Made by a program: the position numbers and the translations under genes. Below, in pieces: positions 61,778 through 64,000 of a stretch of 64,000 nt of DNA (the stretch's first letter is position 1; every line of letters begins with the position of its first letter). Source of the stretch: Actinomycetota bacterium (lineage in GTDB: Bacteria; Actinomycetota; Actinomycetes; Actinomycetales; Microbacteriaceae); assembly GCA_039805425.1 (NCBI GenBank), contig JBDLUH010000001.1, positions 3,749-67,748 of the forward strand, in the 5' to 3' direction. Below the pieces are notes generated by a model. That model did no database searches and was not told the DNA's origin. It saw only the letters and a list, made by a program, of their open reading frames with translations.

Positions 61778-62824
61778 TTAGGCCTTTTTAGCCTTAGCAG
61801 TTGAGCCTCGAACTAGCAGGCTTGCTTCGTGACCCGGCGCTGGAATGCCCTCAGGACCTAGGTCTTCATCATCAAGCAGGTTCATCAGAGCGGTAACTCC
61901 ATCTTTGCCGCTTTGCTGCAGATCCATCTGAACGGTGGTTAAAGGGGGGCTGGTGAAATCGGAGCCAAAAATGTTGTCGAAACCAATGATGCTTAGGTCT
62001 TCAGGAATTTTGATACCTTGGGCGATCGCCTCGCGCAACAAACCAATGCCCATAACATCGTTGTAGGTGACGACCGCGGTAACGCCTGCTGCCTTAATGC
62101 GATCTACTGCTAAGCGACCAGCTTCGAGGGTTGGGTCGTTTGGTCCAATCTCAACAATCGTCATCCCAGCCTTAACCGCGTTTTTCATCAAAAGGTCCCA
62201 ACGCTCGGTATTCATCCAAGACGCTCTAGGGCCAGATAAGAATGCAATGTGCTTGTGACCTAGTTTGGCCAGATGGTTTACCGCCTCGGCAATACCATTT
62301 TCATTCGAAGGCACCACATCGGCAACCTCTGGCACCTTGCGGTTGATAAGCACAACCGGCTTTTGACGATTAATCTCTTGAATCTCTTCATCGCGCAAAC
62401 GGGTGGTTACCAAAAGAACGCCATCAACTGTCGGCAAAATTCTCTGCAGGGCCTGTGCCTCGTTGGTGCTGGACTCTTGAGATTCAGCAATAACCAAGGT
62501 GTAGCCTTCAACCGCTGCGGCAGATTCTGCACCACGCACCACATTAAAGAAAACCGGGTTGGTGATGTCAGCAATTATTAGCGCAAGCATCTTGGTTCGG
62601 CCGGTCGGTAGGGCCCTAGCAAATGGGTTCACCTGGTAATTCAGCTCTTTGGCCGCCGCCTTGATTTTCGCCTCGGTTTTGGCGTTAATTCGGCCGGGGG
62701 TAGTTAGTGCACGCGAAACCGTTGAAGGGTTAAACCCCGATAACTTCGCGATGTCGTATATGGTTGCCGCCGAACCACGCCGAGGCGTATTTTGCTGAGC
62801 CTCAGCCTTAGTTGATTCAGTCAA
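61778..62824 (-). CDS. LacI family transcriptional regulator
   Basis: TIYDIAKLSGFNPSTVSRAL, YNDVMGIG, IPEDLSIIGFDN, PPLTTV, VRGST; TTG start at 62824 inferred from GGGGA RBS. Confidence 0.93.
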   Translation of the reverse strand: MTESTKAEAQQNTPRRGSAATIYDIAKLSGFNPSTVSRALTTPGRINAKTEAKIKAAAKELNYQVNPFARALPTGRTKMLALIIADITNPVFFNVVRGAESAAAVEGYTLVIAESQESSTNEAQALQRILPTVDGVLLVTTRLRDEEIQEINRQKPVVLINRKVPEVADVVPSNENGIAEAVNHLAKLGHKHIAFLSGPRASWMNTERWDLLMKNAVKAGMTIVEIGPNDPTLEAGRLAVDRIKAAGVTAVVTYNDVMGIGLLREAIAQGIKIPEDLSIIGFDNIFGSDFTSPPLTTVQMDLQQSGKDGVTALMNLLDDEDLGPEGIPAPGHEASLLVRGSTAKAKKA

Positions 62825-62841
62825 TTTTTCCCCTGGGTCTT

Positions 62842-62879
62842 GTTGCCAAATTTTTGGCAACTTTGGCAACTTGTTGCAA
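62842..62879. promoter_or_regulatory. Cluster of TGGCAAC half-sites (probable LacI autoregulation)
   Basis: GTTGCCAAATTTTTGGCAAC inverted repeat and TGGCAACTTGTTGCAA. Confidence 0.55.
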
Positions 62880-62890
62880 GTTTATTGCTT

Positions 62891-63736
62891 TTAGGCGGTC
62901 GCCGCTTTCGCCTGAATATCCAGCAAACGGCGGCGTTCTTCGCGGCGTTTAGCCTGACGATCTGGGTCTGGAACCGGAGATGCCATCAGCAGGCGCTGGG
63001 TATAAGGGTGTTCAGGTTTCACAGTCACCTGGCTTGCCGCGCCTTGCTCAACAATCTCACCTTTATACATAACTGCTACTCGGTGACTAATGTGGCGAAC
63101 CACATCAAGGTCGTGAGAAACAAAGAGGTAAGAGACACCTGTGTCTTTTTGAATTTGAAGAAACAAATCCAAAATTCTTGCCTGAGTAGTTAGATCAAGT
63201 GCCGATACCGGTTCATCACAAACAATCAGCTTTGGTGAGAGCGCAAGCGCGCGGGCGATTGCCACACGCTGACGCTGACCCCCTGAGAACTCTCTAGGTA
63301 AACGTTGCAACGCATCAGTTGGCAATCCAACCTGATCTAGAAGTTGTGCAATTCGCTTCTTTGCCGCCGAGGCTTCCATTCCCTGAATCTGCAGTGGTTC
63401 CGCAAGAATCTGGCCGATCTCCATCGATGGGTTCAGCGAAGTGTACGGATCTTGAAACACCACTTGGATATCTCGGCTTAACTCACGGCGCTGGTTTCTG
63501 GTTGCCTTAGTGATGTCTCTATTTTCAAATTCAACCTTGCCGGCTGTAATCGGTGCCAGGCCAAGAATTGCGCGGCCAAGGGTGGTCTTTCCAGAACCAG
63601 ACTCGCCAACAAGCCCAAGAGTCTCACCTTGGCCGATGTTGATAGACACTGAGTGCAGGGCCTTGAATCCAGCTTTTCTAAAACCTTTGCCGGCGTAGGT
63701 GACATCTAGATTTTCGACGTTCAACAGGTTAGACAC
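62891..63736 (-). CDS. Peptide-family ABC transporter ATP-binding protein (DppF-like)
   Basis: [34 protein letters not shown]. Confidence 0.92.
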   Translation of the reverse strand: MSNLLNVENLDVTYAGKGFRKAGFKALHSVSINIGQGETLGLVGESGSGKTTLGRAILGLAPITAGKVEFENRDITKATRNQRRELSRDIQVVFQDPYTSLNPSMEIGQILAEPLQIQGMEASAAKKRIAQLLDQVGLPTDALQRLPREFSGGQRQRVAIARALALSPKLIVCDEPVSALDLTTQARILDLFLQIQKDTGVSYLFVSHDLDVVRHISHRVAVMYKGEIVEQGAASQVTVKPEHPYTQRLLMASPVPDPDRQAKRREERRRLLDIQAKAATA

Positions 63737-63738
63737 AA

Positions 63739-64000
63739 CTAGTCCTTTGCGTTTCCGGTAAGCATTGTCATTGGTTTTTTTCCTTCAAGCATTGAGCCAA
63801 GTAGAACCTGGGTGTACTTGTCTTTTGGCTGGCGCAATACATCACGCACGTTGCCAGATTCCACAACGTTTCCGTACTGCATCACAACAACTCGGTCAGC
63901 TAGATCGGCTACCACACCAAAGTTGTGTGTTACCAGCACCATGCCCATGCCAAGGCGCTTCTGCAAATCGCGCAAAAGATCTAACACTTCAGCCTGCACA
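63739..64000 (-). CDS. Peptide-family ABC ATP-binding protein (DppD-like), 3' part only
   Basis: VQAEVLDLLRDLQ...VTHNFGVVADL; start lies beyond the window. Confidence 0.85.
   Translation of the reverse strand, partial: VQAEVLDLLRDLQKRLGMGMVLVTHNFGVVADLADRVVVMQYGNVVESGNVRDVLRQPKDKYTQVLLGSMLEGKKPMTMLTGNAKD

Overview
A 64 kb chromosomal window from a moderate-GC actinobacterium. Gene content (PurSQL layout, SCP_3 protein, C50-carotenoid elongase, leaderless TAnnnT promoters) suggests a freshwater Microbacteriaceae such as Rhodoluna/Aquiluna; this taxonomy is inference. The backbone is the purine locus (purM-purF, purD-purC, purS-purQ-purL), broken up by accessory blocks: a peptide-family ABC importer with TetR and esterase; an Fe(III) ABC importer; cysD-cysNC-TauE-sulfotransferase; a collagen-like surface protein; a DUF3494 ice-binding protein with an adjacent sortase; a CsoR/CstR-family persulfide regulon that includes two unannotated Cys-rich mini-proteins; a DUF3800 gene and a NYN nuclease gene, each paired with a predicted structured non-coding RNA; an NMT1/THI5-type ABC importer; two carotenoid genes; a two-component system with a WxL/DUF916-like surface module; a predicted D-apiose/D-apionate catabolic operon; and a hexuronate (uidA-uxaC-uxuB-manD) cluster. 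The best candidate for an undescribed system is the DUF3800 (RNase H-like) gene facing a two-unit structured RNA (about 28310-28422) whose promoter matches the PafBC/RecA-NDp DNA-damage motif. Second is the promoter-hairpin-terminator-NYN cassette at 34857-35526. I recognised no tRNA, rRNA, CRISPR array or transposase. All functional calls come from motif recognition by eye, not database searches.
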